Below, in pieces: positions 19,844 through 29,070 of a DNA stretch of 64,000 nucleotides; position 1 is the stretch's first letter, and each line of letters begins with the position of its first letter. The notes beneath the pieces are model-generated. The model saw only the letters and a list, made by a program, of their open reading frames with translations. It ran no database searches and was not told the origin of the DNA. The DNA lies in NCBI GenBank assembly GCA_028130375.1, contig GCA_028130375.1_3658.1; one strand, given 5' to 3'. A program made the translations under genes and the position numbers. The DNA comes from a phage.

Positions 19844-21325
19844 TTACTTAGCGTACTCGATTAATTCCACAGTTTTCCCAAAGCTCGGGATATAATTTTT
19901 ATTATACCCCTCAGTGAGGACCCATAGAGTATCGTACTTTTTCCACTTGTTGTCAACAACCTTTTGTTCAAAGTTATGCTCAAAGTATAGGTCGGTCAGG
20001 ACGATGACATCTTTTGCATTAGGTATGTTGGCATCCAGATACTCGAACACGCAAGCAGCTGTTGTGCCCCATGTTGAGTGGACCTCATAGTTGACCATCT
20101 CGTCTATGTTGCCGCGAGTGTATACTTTAACCTCTCCAACCTCAGTTGACCAACAGAACATTGTAACCTTAAACTCTTTATACAGATTGCACAATCCGGT
20201 GATTTCATTGAACATTTTCTTTAAAGTTCTTTGAGAGATCGAGCCAGAAACGTCTAAAGCCACCACAATATCTATAGTGTTTTCCGGATTACGACCAGGA
20301 ACAATAACGTGCTGGTTCTTGTTTATAGCCCCAACTTTTCGCATTGTGCTGGTCAAAGACCCAGATCGGCGACCAGGTTTTCTGTAGGTCAGTTCGGCCT
20401 TTCTTTTAGACAACATACGTTGCTTAATGATGTCTATATAGTTGATTACAGGCTTACCTCTGTTCTTGACAAACTCACGCACCGCCTCAGGGCAACGGCC
20501 TCCGGACGCTTGCATTGCTGCCTCCAGCATATCACCAGAGTCCTGCATGGCCTGATCTTTATCAGATTGGCTGATTACAGGTTGTGGCTGATCATACCCC
20601 ATAGCCTTTCCAAGATTATCACTGGTGCCACCGTTCCCACTCATGTGATCATCGGTTTGTCGCTTATCACTTTGAGAGTTCTCACCTTTACCGTTCTTAC
20701 TTTTACCGTTATTCTGATCTCTTTGCTTATCAAGAACTGCATAAACGTTCTCAGCAATCCATCCATGAAACTTCATGTCGCAGTAGCAGCTGGCTAAGAA
20801 GCCAAAAGGCTTACCTTTCATGAACGTAGTGCTTTTCCCCTTCGGGAAGAAAACACAAGGAGGTTTGCTAAAGTCAACCACAAGGCCTGTGTTGATAACG
20901 TGATCACAAGCAATATTGAACAGTTCCGGCTCAAAGCTTTTACCACGGACTAGGTGATCACAGATAATATGCCCCACCTCATGTGACAGAAGGAAGGCCA
21001 CCTCTTTCACAGATTTTGGGGAATAGAAAACTTCAGCCATCTCAAACTGCTCGTCAGTTAGAGAAGCCTTAAGAATAGCCTTGCGTTCATCAGCCAATCC
21101 CATAATGAACTCAGGACTGTAATAGATGCGTTTATGGTCGGTTGCCATGGTGGAGCACCATGTGTGGTTTTCTACGAACTGCAACCCTGACAGTAGTGTG
21201 CCATAAAACGGCAACTTTTCAAGGAGATACATACGTGCAGCCTGCAACATTCTCAGGGCATCATCTTTCTGCGAGGCAATGATTTCTGAACTTCTGCTAT
21301 CCATTAAAACTCCAGAAGGGGCCAT
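19844..21325 (-). CDS. VWA-domain protein with N-terminal HExxH metallopeptidase-like domain
   Basis: 493 aa; HEVGH zinc-binding motif in the N-terminal half; MIDAS-type motif DVSGSIS within DIVVALDVSGSISQ in the C-terminal half. Confidence 0.75.
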   Translation of the reverse strand: MAPSGVLMDSRSSEIIASQKDDALRMLQAARMYLLEKLPFYGTLLSGLQFVENHTWCSTMATDHKRIYYSPEFIMGLADERKAILKASLTDEQFEMAEVFYSPKSVKEVAFLLSHEVGHIICDHLVRGKSFEPELFNIACDHVINTGLVVDFSKPPCVFFPKGKSTTFMKGKPFGFLASCYCDMKFHGWIAENVYAVLDKQRDQNNGKSKNGKGENSQSDKRQTDDHMSGNGGTSDNLGKAMGYDQPQPVISQSDKDQAMQDSGDMLEAAMQASGGRCPEAVREFVKNRGKPVINYIDIIKQRMLSKRKAELTYRKPGRRSGSLTSTMRKVGAINKNQHVIVPGRNPENTIDIVVALDVSGSISQRTLKKMFNEITGLCNLYKEFKVTMFCWSTEVGEVKVYTRGNIDEMVNYEVHSTWGTTAACVFEYLDANIPNAKDVIVLTDLYFEHNFEQKVVDNKWKKYDTLWVLTEGYNKNYIPSFGKTVELIEYAK

Positions 21326-21333
21326 TGGCCCCT
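21316..21333 (-). terminator. Hairpin terminator for the 21338-22381 gene
   Basis: aggggcc-att-ggcccct palindrome with T-run on the - strand, immediately downstream of the stop at 21338. Confidence 0.45.
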
Positions 21334-21337
21334 GTCA

Positions 21338-22381
21338 TTATTTAACGTGTTTGAAAATACCTGCCAACTCGGTCATTGTCATGCGGGTGGTCTTCATAAG
21401 ATCTGTCATAGCTTTCTCCATAATTGGAGATACTACCATAAAGTTTCCTTTAGTGAAACCTTTATTCCAGTCGGTCACCAACAGGGGTTTAAGTCCAGCT
21501 CCAAGACGTTCACCAGTTAAAGCACAGCATTTGCGAATATACGAACTCTTAAATTGGCTGAACGACAGATCAACTTTCATACCTACATCGTAGAACGTTT
21601 GACAATAGAAAGTGTAAGCTTTGGCAATCTCAACATCATCAGGTAGTGCAGGAACCTCTTCTGTAAGCCCCTCTTCGACCTCCTGAGTCTCTTTTTCCTC
21701 TTCATGCACCTGTTGCGTCATTTCTTCAATCTCTTCTGTGATAGGCTCGTTTACAATGTCGGAAATGTGCTTCTTGGGTGCACGATAAGTAACTTTAGAC
21801 ATCGGTAGCATATCTTCCTCCTCTTCTTCGTCAAAGAGTGCTAGTTTATCCTCTTCCGTTCCATATTGCAAGATGAAATCTTCAAAAGTATAATCACCTT
21901 TCAATTTCTCCATACGCTCTTCGCTCAGGTGGAGCATCATCTGCTGGACAATTTTTCGATCAGTTTCGTCTTTAATCAAGACTGCAGTCTTTTTATCTAC
22001 CAGACAGTCCTTTAGAGAGTTGCATCTCAATCCCACCACACAACAGTTATCAACCGCATAAGGACCTTCATCATCTATCCGCTCCAGGGATGGGTAGAAA
22101 GGATTCCCCAGCCCGTTTTCATCTGTGTGCATGTCAAAAGGTATAAGGGTATAGTCGCATACTCCATCTCCTAAAAGTTTTTTACCAAATAGGAGGTATT
22201 CTTCCCATGACAGGTCGAACTCTATATCTCGTTTCCGTGCGTTATTCTGTTTGCGTCTATATTTTTTGAGCAAGCGCTCTAACTCTTCTGGTGTATAATA
22301 TTTTTCAAGATTCATGAGTCGTCTCTCGTGCTCTGTAAGTGAAGAAATCGTATCAATTGTCTCAACAGATGTCAACATCAA
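21338..22381 (-). CDS. Hypothetical protein with two Cys-containing modules and an acidic linker; internal start candidate
   Basis: 347 aa; module ERIDDEGPYAVDNCCVVGLRCNSLK and a second CCALTGERLG...module; Glu-rich linker; internal RBS gaggagga + ATG (MSKVTYRA) lies in a 29-bp inverted repeat. Confidence 0.55.
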   Translation of the reverse strand: MMLTSVETIDTISSLTEHERRLMNLEKYYTPEELERLLKKYRRKQNNARKRDIEFDLSWEEYLLFGKKLLGDGVCDYTLIPFDMHTDENGLGNPFYPSLERIDDEGPYAVDNCCVVGLRCNSLKDCLVDKKTAVLIKDETDRKIVQQMMLHLSEERMEKLKGDYTFEDFILQYGTEEDKLALFDEEEEEDMLPMSKVTYRAPKKHISDIVNEPITEEIEEMTQQVHEEEKETQEVEEGLTEEVPALPDDVEIAKAYTFYCQTFYDVGMKVDLSFSQFKSSYIRKCCALTGERLGAGLKPLLVTDWNKGFTKGNFMVVSPIMEKAMTDLMKTTRMTMTELAGIFKHVK

Positions 22382-22388
22382 AAACGTG

Positions 22389-22417
22389 TTGACTTTACTC
22401 TAACTCCACAATATAGT
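22389..22417 (+). promoter_or_regulatory. sigma70-like promoter TTGACT-17-TATAGT in divergent intergenic region
   Basis: TTGACT 22389-22394, 17-bp spacer, TATAGT 22412-22417, about 40 bp before the 22458 start. Confidence 0.55.
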
Positions 22418-22457
22418 GCACCCATTCGAAAGAAAACTAACATAGGAGCACTTACTT

Positions 22458-23357
22458 ATGGCAAATCTTAACAGTTTTAGTACGCGGTGGAAACAGGACA
22501 TAACAACCAATCTTTCAGCTGGGGACATCCTTTCTGCAATTTACGAGGCTTTAGATGATAAAGCTACTTCAAAAGCGGTTTGTACCAACCCATTAATTCC
22601 TATAGTGATGAAGGTTATTGAGCGTAGATTGGTATCTGGGTCTGATAAGTGGACATATTTAGATAATGAAGGACACACCTATTCCAATGGGTATGTCGAT
22701 ATAAAAGTAGAATACGCGGTATCATACCGCCGGAGCGGTTCTGTAACTTTCAACTTCTCTGGAGGTTTTCGATCTCTGGCTACCTCACCTTTTGTTTCCT
22801 CAGAGGAGAAGTATGAGCTGCCATTTCTTTGGATGATGGCTAACGCGACAGGAAAAACCCCCGTTAGCATCCGAGTAAAATACAACTACAACGGATCTAG
22901 TAAGATCTATGCCGAAAGTGTCTCAGCAAGTTTTTATTTTGTGATGGGGGATGGAATCCTCAAACATATAAAGATGTGCGATATGCATGATGTTATAAAT
23001 GAAGTGACTGATAAGAATGTTCTAGTGAAAGACCTCAACAATTTTTATACACCTGGAGACTATTACGTCAGCCGTCCACTGTGCATCTTTAATGCCGCAC
23101 ACCCTCTAGGTGAGTATTTGATCGCCAATAGCGATATTGCCAATAACCGCTTCGAGGTAGCAAGAGTTCAGAATGAGGTATTGACATCTTGCAAGAGCGG
23201 TGATAAGTTTACCGAAGAAGAGATGGGTGTTTTAGAAATGATGGGATATAAGTGTAGCCTTTGGGTAGATGAGGTGTTTAATGATTGCATCTATGGACAG
23301 GATATTTACCCATTAAAGAAGTATACTGATACAAGTTTAATTTATGCGAGGGTTTGA
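22458..23357 (+). CDS. Hypothetical protein
   Basis: 299-aa ORF opening the + strand block. Confidence 0.55.
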   Translation: MANLNSFSTRWKQDITTNLSAGDILSAIYEALDDKATSKAVCTNPLIPIVMKVIERRLVSGSDKWTYLDNEGHTYSNGYVDIKVEYAVSYRRSGSVTFNFSGGFRSLATSPFVSSEEKYELPFLWMMANATGKTPVSIRVKYNYNGSSKIYAESVSASFYFVMGDGILKHIKMCDMHDVINEVTDKNVLVKDLNNFYTPGDYYVSRPLCIFNAAHPLGEYLIANSDIANNRFEVARVQNEVLTSCKSGDKFTEEEMGVLEMMGYKCSLWVDEVFNDCIYGQDIYPLKKYTDTSLIYARV

Positions 23358-23632
23358 CTATGATGAAGGCATGTGGTAATGTATATTACGTCGGTGAACA
23401 TGTTCAGGCAGACAGTGTGTGGAAATCTATTAAGTCCACCACTGACGATGCCTTTCTGAGTGGACTATGTTTCCCCAATCCGGGAGACATCCTCCCTCAT
23501 CCTGGAGATTTTGTTGTCAACAAGATGGACGGTTATACCGTGTGCCTGATGGTTGAAAAAATCTTTTTAGACACTAGACACAATCACCGTCTTGTGTTAA
23601 AATTTCAAGAATGTAAAATGACAATTGCCTAA
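23354..23632 (+). CDS. Hypothetical protein
   Basis: 92-aa ORF, start overlaps upstream stop. Confidence 0.45.
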   Translation: MTMMKACGNVYYVGEHVQADSVWKSIKSTTDDAFLSGLCFPNPGDILPHPGDFVVNKMDGYTVCLMVEKIFLDTRHNHRLVLKFQECKMTIA

Positions 23633-23645
23633 GGAGACCTTACCG

Positions 23646-24002
23646 ATGTCTAAAGTTACTTATCGTGCAGCTATTTACTGCAATGAACACCCAATCAATA
23701 ATGATGGTCACTGCCTTTTTAAAGAAAATCAATTGGGCTGTATTGTCCTCCCTGATGAAGGGGAAGGTTATCTGATTGCATTGACAGGGTTTGAACCTGA
23801 GGCTCTGGAAGCCAATCTGGACTACCTGGTAGAAGAGGGTGCTGCAGACCTGGTTGCCAATGGCCTCTCCATAAGCCTTGACGAAGTAGAGCGCTTCATG
23901 GGCAATTACCGTGTAGTGCGTGAGTTTACTATCGAGGTGGAAACTCCCGAGTGGGGTAGCCATGAAACTAATGCCGAAGAAAAAGAAGAGGAGGTAGAAT
24001 AA
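23646..24002 (+). CDS. Hypothetical acidic protein (starts MSKVTYRA)
   Basis: Start moved to ATG 23646, preceded by aaggagacc; the first 8 codons are identical at DNA level to an internal segment of the 21338-22381 gene. Confidence 0.5.
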   Translation: MSKVTYRAAIYCNEHPINNDGHCLFKENQLGCIVLPDEGEGYLIALTGFEPEALEANLDYLVEEGAADLVANGLSISLDEVERFMGNYRVVREFTIEVETPEWGSHETNAEEKEEEVE

Positions 24003-24259
24003 TGAAAGTGCAGATCTTGACTAATGCCGAGAAGATGTTTATTGAAGATACACCTTTTGAAGCTGGTGAGCTACAGTTCGTTTATTTTGTTGACTTAGAT
24101 AAGGTGTTTCCTGCACTGAATCTAGGTTTGGATGAAGTTCCTCATAAGGTTTTGTGCCAAGTTGTTCGTGCCTTGGCGGCAGAGGGGGAGTTCCACACCC
24201 TTCAAGATGTCCAGACCTACGGGTATCTTGAACTACAACGAGAAGAAGAGGTGGACTGA
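24002..24259 (+). CDS. Hypothetical protein
   Basis: 85-aa ORF, ATGA overlap with upstream gene. Confidence 0.45.
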   Translation: MKVQILTNAEKMFIEDTPFEAGELQFVYFVDLDKVFPALNLGLDEVPHKVLCQVVRALAAEGEFHTLQDVQTYGYLELQREEEVD

Positions 24260-24261
24260 TA

Positions 24262-24642
24262 ATGGCTCAGTGGAAGACAACAGTTGACCTTCATGATCAG
24301 TGGTTAGGACGCATCACTGAAGACGGGAAGCTAGTGGAGTGGGACAATAAGCATGTTAGCGAGTTGGCAAGTATTGTGGCTGGCAAGTTACGCTCCAAGT
24401 TCCCTGAACAACTGGATCCTGATAGTTCAAAGTTCGATCCTGAGTTAGAGGATGTTGTATACTACTTCGACACCGTTGATGACTACGACGCGTGGTTTGC
24501 AGCACGGGAGCTTTACCCACAAGGCTCTGCTATGCGCCAGATGGAAGAAGATTATCCTCCGTGTGAGCAATTCAATAGTGCAATGACTTGCCTCTATGAT
24601 TGGGCAGATAAGAACCTTGTCTGGATTCGGACTGCATTTTAG
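24262..24642 (+). CDS. Hypothetical protein
   Basis: 126-aa ORF. Confidence 0.5.
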   Translation: MAQWKTTVDLHDQWLGRITEDGKLVEWDNKHVSELASIVAGKLRSKFPEQLDPDSSKFDPELEDVVYYFDTVDDYDAWFAARELYPQGSAMRQMEEDYPPCEQFNSAMTCLYDWADKNLVWIRTAF

Positions 24643-24686
24643 TGGGCAGGAATGGCGGCAAGGATGCTGCTTAAGGAGTAGTAGAG

Positions 24687-24956
24687 ATGTTATACCAGCA
24701 ATATGAACTTCGTGCAGAAAAAGAGTTAAATTTTGACAAAGATATTCACAGATATTATTATGGGAAAGTTAGAGGGCAAGCAAGAAAGTGTACTCCAACA
24801 CTCTTTTATGCCAGCAGACGACTAGCGCCAGAAGAGGCAACAGCAGAAAGGGTTGCGTACAACTGGAGAGTCACGTATGATATTGACAGATTCGATGTGA
24901 TATCTGTTTTGGAAAACTTTGAAAACACTTACACACAAGTAGAGGACTTTTACTAA
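24687..24956 (+). CDS. Hypothetical protein
   Basis: 89-aa ORF. Confidence 0.45.
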   Translation: MLYQQYELRAEKELNFDKDIHRYYYGKVRGQARKCTPTLFYASRRLAPEEATAERVAYNWRVTYDIDRFDVISVLENFENTYTQVEDFY

Positions 24957-26140
24957 TGTCAAGAAACGTATTCGAAAGTGGTCAAATCACTGTCCGTGAG
25001 TTGCCAGCTATTATTCAGTTTGCCCAACGTCATAGCCGATCTGTCCTAATTTTGGGACCAATGGGTGTGGGTAAAAGCCAGGTGATGAAGCAGATCGCTG
25101 ATAATATGTTCGGTGAGCGAGATGACAACCTTGTTGACGTGCGACTGTCAGATAAAGATCCTGCCGACTTATCTGGGCTACCTATCCCTGTAGAAGCGGA
25201 TGGAACTACACGTACAGTGTTTGCAATTCCAGAATTTTGGCCTGCGGATCCTGACTGGAGCGGAATTATCTTTCTGGATGAGCTCACTCATGCAGATAAC
25301 TACCTGCAAAAGGTTGCAATGCAAATTATGCTTGACCACAAGTGCGGCACCTATGCATTCCCTAAGGGTTCTGTTTTTGTGGCTGCGGGTAACCGTTCTA
25401 CAGATGGTGCGGTTCTTTCGGCGCTCGAAGCCCCTCTGGCTAACCGTTTTATCATTGTAGAGGTTACAAGCAATGCAGAGGTGTTTATTGAGGACTACGC
25501 ATTCCTCAACGGGGTTCACTCCTCTGTAATTGGGTATCTGAAAAGAGTTCCATCAGCTATTGATAATTATGAGGCTATGGCTGAGATTAATTGTCCATCT
25601 TTTGCCACACCACGATCTTGGGTTGCTGCATCTGACATCTTGCACGATTTTGACAGCGGTATTATTTCTGACGCTATGGCCCGTGTTCTTCTACAAGGTG
25701 CTATTGGTCACACTGCAGCGGTAGAGATCTGGACTTACCACACCAAGAAACGTAATTTACCGGAAATCGGTCGGATTATGGCAGGTGGCTGCAAAGAATA
25801 CGTAGGTCCTAAGCAGCCAGACATTTTGTGGATTCTTGGATCTGAAGGTTGTATCGCTATTCGCAATATGATGGAAAATGCAAGTATCTCAGACGAAGAT
25901 CTTGTCAGCTGCGTGGCAAACTTCCTCGATTTCCTTTGGGAAAACTTCAAGGACGAGAACCGAGATTTTGTATTCTCAGTCTTTATGGCGATGATGAAAC
26001 CTAATGCCTTAGGAAATGCCTTGCTTATCGGTAAAGGGCGTGACAAGATTGTTGCTCAGCTGATCAAAGCATACCCAAACCTGATGAAGATTGTAAAAGA
26101 GTTTGGTGAAGAGTTTAGCGCCATTTTGGCTAAAGCTTAA
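24956..26140 (+). CDS. AAA+ ATPase, MoxR/CobS-like
   Basis: 394 aa; Walker A GPMGVGKS, Walker B IIFLDELTHA, sensor-like AAGNRS. Confidence 0.8.
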   Translation: MSRNVFESGQITVRELPAIIQFAQRHSRSVLILGPMGVGKSQVMKQIADNMFGERDDNLVDVRLSDKDPADLSGLPIPVEADGTTRTVFAIPEFWPADPDWSGIIFLDELTHADNYLQKVAMQIMLDHKCGTYAFPKGSVFVAAGNRSTDGAVLSALEAPLANRFIIVEVTSNAEVFIEDYAFLNGVHSSVIGYLKRVPSAIDNYEAMAEINCPSFATPRSWVAASDILHDFDSGIISDAMARVLLQGAIGHTAAVEIWTYHTKKRNLPEIGRIMAGGCKEYVGPKQPDILWILGSEGCIAIRNMMENASISDEDLVSCVANFLDFLWENFKDENRDFVFSVFMAMMKPNALGNALLIGKGRDKIVAQLIKAYPNLMKIVKEFGEEFSAILAKA

Positions 26141-26150
26141 GGGGGGTTGT

Positions 26151-26531
26151 ATGGCTAAAGTAGGTAAGCGGGGAAACTACCTGGTGGTATTGACCGAGGA
26201 GCCGGAGAAGGAGTACGAATGCAGCTCCACTTGCGTGATCGATATCCGAGAAAAAGATGTAGATGAAGTCTGGTTTAAAATATTGGACGCTTGCGATAGC
26301 AGTGATTATTTCTTCATTTATGTCAACGATAAGGCTGGATTCTTCCATGACGACGGAGAGTTGCCGTATGAAATCTATGAACTTGTAGAGGCTTGCCATC
26401 GTGGAGATGCGGAGTTGTTTGGCCTACGGCTGAAAAGCGGTAAATTCTTCTATCAAGATGAGTGCATGAATCTTCATAACTTTGTAGAGGGAACTTGCAA
26501 CGATGGAGAGATTTTGGCACACTACGATTAA
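26151..26531 (+). CDS. Hypothetical protein
   Basis: ORF trimmed to ATG 26151 after RBS aagggggg; 126 aa. Confidence 0.45.
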   Translation: MAKVGKRGNYLVVLTEEPEKEYECSSTCVIDIREKDVDEVWFKILDACDSSDYFFIYVNDKAGFFHDDGELPYEIYELVEACHRGDAELFGLRLKSGKFFYQDECMNLHNFVEGTCNDGEILAHYD

Positions 26532-26543
26532 TTTCTAAGACCT

Positions 26544-26570
26544 CCCCCGCTTCGGCGGGGATTTTCTATT
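26544..26570 (+). terminator. Rho-independent terminator (ccccgc-ttcg-gcgggg + T-run)
   Basis: Same hairpin as at 114-129, followed by attttctattt. Confidence 0.65.
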
Positions 26571-26580
26571 TGGAGTCATT

Positions 26581-27081
26581 GTGAAAATTAAGATCTTTGC
26601 TATTATTTTGAGCGCACTTTTATCGCTGCCTGTTGTTGCAGCACCAAAACAAAAAGTATATCATACTTGCAAGCCATCAGATACTAAGGAAAACATTCTG
26701 GCATGCAATATCTACAGGGAAGCTAGAGGAGATGGCACGATGGGTATGCTGGCATCTGGGTTTGCCACACTAAACAGGAAATCCCACCCTAAATACCCAG
26801 ACACTATAAGAAAGATTGTCTACCAACCTAACCAGTTTTCGTGGACAAACCACGGCAAAACTTTTAAGGTGACAGAAAAAGATTCATGGGATCACGCTAA
26901 AAGTCTTGCAAAGATGCTTCTAAAGGTCTATAATAACAACCATGTTGCATACATGGCTATGGACATAACAGGTGGAGCAACACACTACCATACAACCAAA
27001 GTACGACCGAAATGGGCAAAAAAGATGCAGAGGACAGCTCAATTCGGGAGCCATATCTACTACAAGGAGCGCAATAAATGA
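26581..27081 (+). CDS. SleB-family cell-wall hydrolase with N-terminal signal peptide
   Basis: 166 aa; signal-like MKIKIFAIILSALLSLPVVAAP; NIYREARGDG...TLNRKSHPKYPDTIRKIVYQPNQFSW closely parallels the SleB catalytic core as I recall it. Confidence 0.8.
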   Translation: MKIKIFAIILSALLSLPVVAAPKQKVYHTCKPSDTKENILACNIYREARGDGTMGMLASGFATLNRKSHPKYPDTIRKIVYQPNQFSWTNHGKTFKVTEKDSWDHAKSLAKMLLKVYNNNHVAYMAMDITGGATHYHTTKVRPKWAKKMQRTAQFGSHIYYKERNK

Positions 27082-29060
27082 TTGTAAACAGTAATGAAAC
27101 TAAAGCAGTGCTGACCGGAAATATGGAGGTCACCAGGGGCTCAATTTCTCTGAACAAAGAGACTTTTGGGCTAATCATTAAAGGGATTTACGAAGATAAG
27201 GTGCTGGCAAGCTGCCGTGAACCAATCTTCAATGCTGTGGACTCCCATGTTGAGTCTGGACGGGGTGATGTACCGATCATCATTCACTCTCCTACAGACC
27301 TTGAACCATACTTCTTTGTGCAGGACGTTGGATTGGGCATGTCAGAAGAGATGGTCCGCAACACTTTCATGAATCTCGGGGAGTCAACCAAGCGCAACAG
27401 CAACGCTCTGGTAGGTAATAAAGGTGTAGGTTCAAAGGCCCCGTTCAGCATGGTGGACACTTTCGATGTGATTAGTGTGCACAACGGTGTTGAAAGCACA
27501 TATCTATTGTTCTTGGATCAGGGTATCCCAAACGTTACCAAGATCCGCGAGCGGAAGACTGAAGAGCACAACGGGGTAAAAGTTCAGTTCCATGTTAAGA
27601 AAGAGCATGTTCTGAAATATCGCACTGCTATTGCGTCATGCCTACGCTATGCAAAGTTTCCGTTTACCGTTACCGACCCTATGACCAGTAAGATGCTGGA
27701 AGGTGACAAGGTTGAGGCGCAGTATCGCTACGAGAAAGATGGTTGGAAAATGACTATCCTGAAAGGTTATACCAGTTCTGATGAGAGCCGTGTTGTGATG
27801 GGTCACCAACCTTACCGCTCTAAGTTCCTGGAGACATTGACCGATTACCCTGCAATCTGCGTGGAAATTCCTATTGGGGATTGCAATATTAACCCTGGGC
27901 GTGAATGGACCATAGAGGGCCATGACGACGGTGGATTCCAGGATCGCCTGGAGGCCTTTGTCAAAGAAGGTATACGTCTTCGCGGGGCAGAAGTTGTTGC
28001 AGAACTGGAGACGGCAAAAACCTCCGCAGAAGCACGTGAAATGATGAAGAATAGTGGGGTGTTCGGACACATCTTCGGCAAAAACTTTATGTGGAACCGT
28101 TGGGAAGAAACAGGACTTGGAGACTTAGGCGATTGTGAAATTTTCGCTGGCGGCTTAAATAAAGGCCGCATAGGCTATGCTCGTTATGGAAAGTCAGAGT
28201 TCTTACGGGGAGTCTATTTAGTATTTAACGACGGAGACGGCAAATATAACCGAAATAAGTGTAACTACTTAAGCGAGATCACCGGACGCAACGTTTTCTA
28301 TTGCCGTAACACGGATCTGGTGGAAGAGTTTAAAGAAGCGGCACACCACCCGTTCTTTGCAGATACGGTCAAATTGTTATCAGAGCTCCCTCGCCGACCT
28401 GTCAAGAAAGGTGAAACAAAAACTCGTTATGAGCCAGGCTATTGGGTTAAAAAACTTGAGAAGGATGGTTACTTCCGCCGTGAGCGTATTACTAAGGCAG
28501 AGTTCCGGAAGATTAAACACTGCATCCCTTATGAGGGTGATATCCAACGTGGAAGTTGTTGGCTGGGGCAGATGAGTAACATCTACCAGCAAGATTATGA
28601 CCGTGTACGTGCGGCACTTCAGATTCCTGAAGGTGAAGATCTGTATCTGGTATCTGAATCTCGTCTGCTTTGGACTGATCCTGATTGCCAGTATGTTACA
28701 GAGAAGAATGTGGAGCACCTGTTGAAAGAGGATGCTTGGAAATTCTTACTGACCCGTGCAGCAAATGAAACTTCTTATGACAGCCTGTATAGACAATTAG
28801 GGAAAATTATTCCCATGCAAGATTTTGGAAATTATCGGCCACATTTCCACAAGTGGGAAGGTAACACCACGTGGAAGCACAGTGAGCTAAATCATCGTGC
28901 CAAAATCTTAATCGCCAACCGAGTTAAATGCGGGAAGGCCTATATTGCAAGATTGGAAAAGAAATACCCACTTTTGAAGCATGTAGGCTTGAAATATTGG
29001 GACACCCCTGCTATGATTGAATACCGTGAGCTGATTGATACAAAGAATAACACCAAATAA
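27078..29060 (+). CDS. rIIA: rIIA-like protein (GHKL ATPase fold)
   Basis: 660 aa; N-box EPIFNAVDSH, G1 QDVGLGM, G2 GNKGVGSKAPF; immediately upstream of an rIIB homolog. Confidence 0.85.
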   Translation: MIVNSNETKAVLTGNMEVTRGSISLNKETFGLIIKGIYEDKVLASCREPIFNAVDSHVESGRGDVPIIIHSPTDLEPYFFVQDVGLGMSEEMVRNTFMNLGESTKRNSNALVGNKGVGSKAPFSMVDTFDVISVHNGVESTYLLFLDQGIPNVTKIRERKTEEHNGVKVQFHVKKEHVLKYRTAIASCLRYAKFPFTVTDPMTSKMLEGDKVEAQYRYEKDGWKMTILKGYTSSDESRVVMGHQPYRSKFLETLTDYPAICVEIPIGDCNINPGREWTIEGHDDGGFQDRLEAFVKEGIRLRGAEVVAELETAKTSAEAREMMKNSGVFGHIFGKNFMWNRWEETGLGDLGDCEIFAGGLNKGRIGYARYGKSEFLRGVYLVFNDGDGKYNRNKCNYLSEITGRNVFYCRNTDLVEEFKEAAHHPFFADTVKLLSELPRRPVKKGETKTRYEPGYWVKKLEKDGYFRRERITKAEFRKIKHCIPYEGDIQRGSCWLGQMSNIYQQDYDRVRAALQIPEGEDLYLVSESRLLWTDPDCQYVTEKNVEHLLKEDAWKFLLTRAANETSYDSLYRQLGKIIPMQDFGNYRPHFHKWEGNTTWKHSELNHRAKILIANRVKCGKAYIARLEKKYPLLKHVGLKYWDTPAMIEYRELIDTKNNTK

Positions 29061-29070
29061 GGAGACAGTT

